From assembly GCF_964204645.1 (NCBI RefSeq), contig NW_027437467.1, positions 15,250 through 79,249 on the forward strand: 64,000 bases of DNA, in the 5' to 3' direction. The notes beneath the pieces were generated by a model that saw only the letters and a list, made by a program, of their open reading frames with translations, was not told the DNA's origin and did no database searches. Numbering within the stretch: the stretch's first letter is position 1; every line of letters begins with the position of its first letter. The DNA comes from Tubulanus polymorphus (Eukaryota > Animalia > Nemertea). This document shows, one piece after another, positions 63,801 through 64,000 of the stretch. The translations under genes and the position numbers were made by a program.

Positions 63801-64000
63801 AATATTCGAAAAGAAAACGTCTTTTCTCGCGCAGAGCGACGTTTTCGCGTCGAAAAGTGCTTTTCCTGACGATTTGAGCGCTTTTACGCATCGGCATTGT
63901 CGTTTTTCCGATAGGGGGAATATTCGAAAAGAAAACGTCTTTTCTCGCGCTGAGCGACGTTTTCGCGTCGAAAAGTGCTTTTCCTGACGATTTGAGCGCT

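Larger units (their letters stand above)
8891..64000 (+). repeat. 118-bp tandem satellite array, segment right of the retrotransposon (~467 monomers, same orientation throughout, continues beyond window end); putative centromeric/pericentromeric satellite
   Basis: Same monomer resumes in exact register after the 3' LTR and TSD. No inversion or unique sequence seen to 64000. The centromeric assignment is inferred from size, homogeneity and higher-order repeat (HOR) structure. Confidence 0.98.

Noticed and set aside
1-64000. Hundreds of 60-225 aa ORFs (MRIFDTKTSFL..., MPMRKSAQIV...)
   Set aside because: Translations of the 118-bp repeat in shifting frames; lengths depend on incidental indels and they have no protein features.
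8891-64000. CRISPR array (palindromic repeats at regular spacing)
   Set aside because: No unique spacers; the whole unit repeats, there are no cas genes, and the context is metazoan.

Overview
Eukaryotic (metazoan, probably invertebrate) satellite DNA, likely centromeric or pericentromeric. About 58 kb of the window is one uninterrupted head-to-tail array of a highly homogeneous 118-bp monomer (~490 copies, ~47% GC, ~17 CpG per monomer). The monomer has nested inverted repeats, ~10-bp phased A/T tracts and many local higher-order duplications (6-, 9-, 13-, 18-, 25- and 34-mers). The only non-satellite sequence is a full-length, apparently very young BEL/Pao (Belpaoviridae) LTR retrotransposon at 2875-8890. 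It has identical 242-bp LTRs, a 5-bp CGCCG target-site duplication (TSD), an 18-nt tRNA-His primer binding site (PBS) and one intact gag-pol ORF with no env. Most notable: (i) the element sits in a homogeneous satellite, with its TSD starting at the dyad axis of the monomer's main hairpin, so it is a candidate satellite- or centromere-targeting BEL/Pao; (ii) its U5 carries a 9-nt motif complementary to the T-arm of the primer tRNA, like the retroviral primer activation signal; (iii) the protease triad reads D-E-G and the integrase ends in a basic, histone-tail-like peptide. The hundreds of short ORFs in the track are artefacts of translating the satellite. Centromeric identity and targeting are inferences from one window and one insertion.
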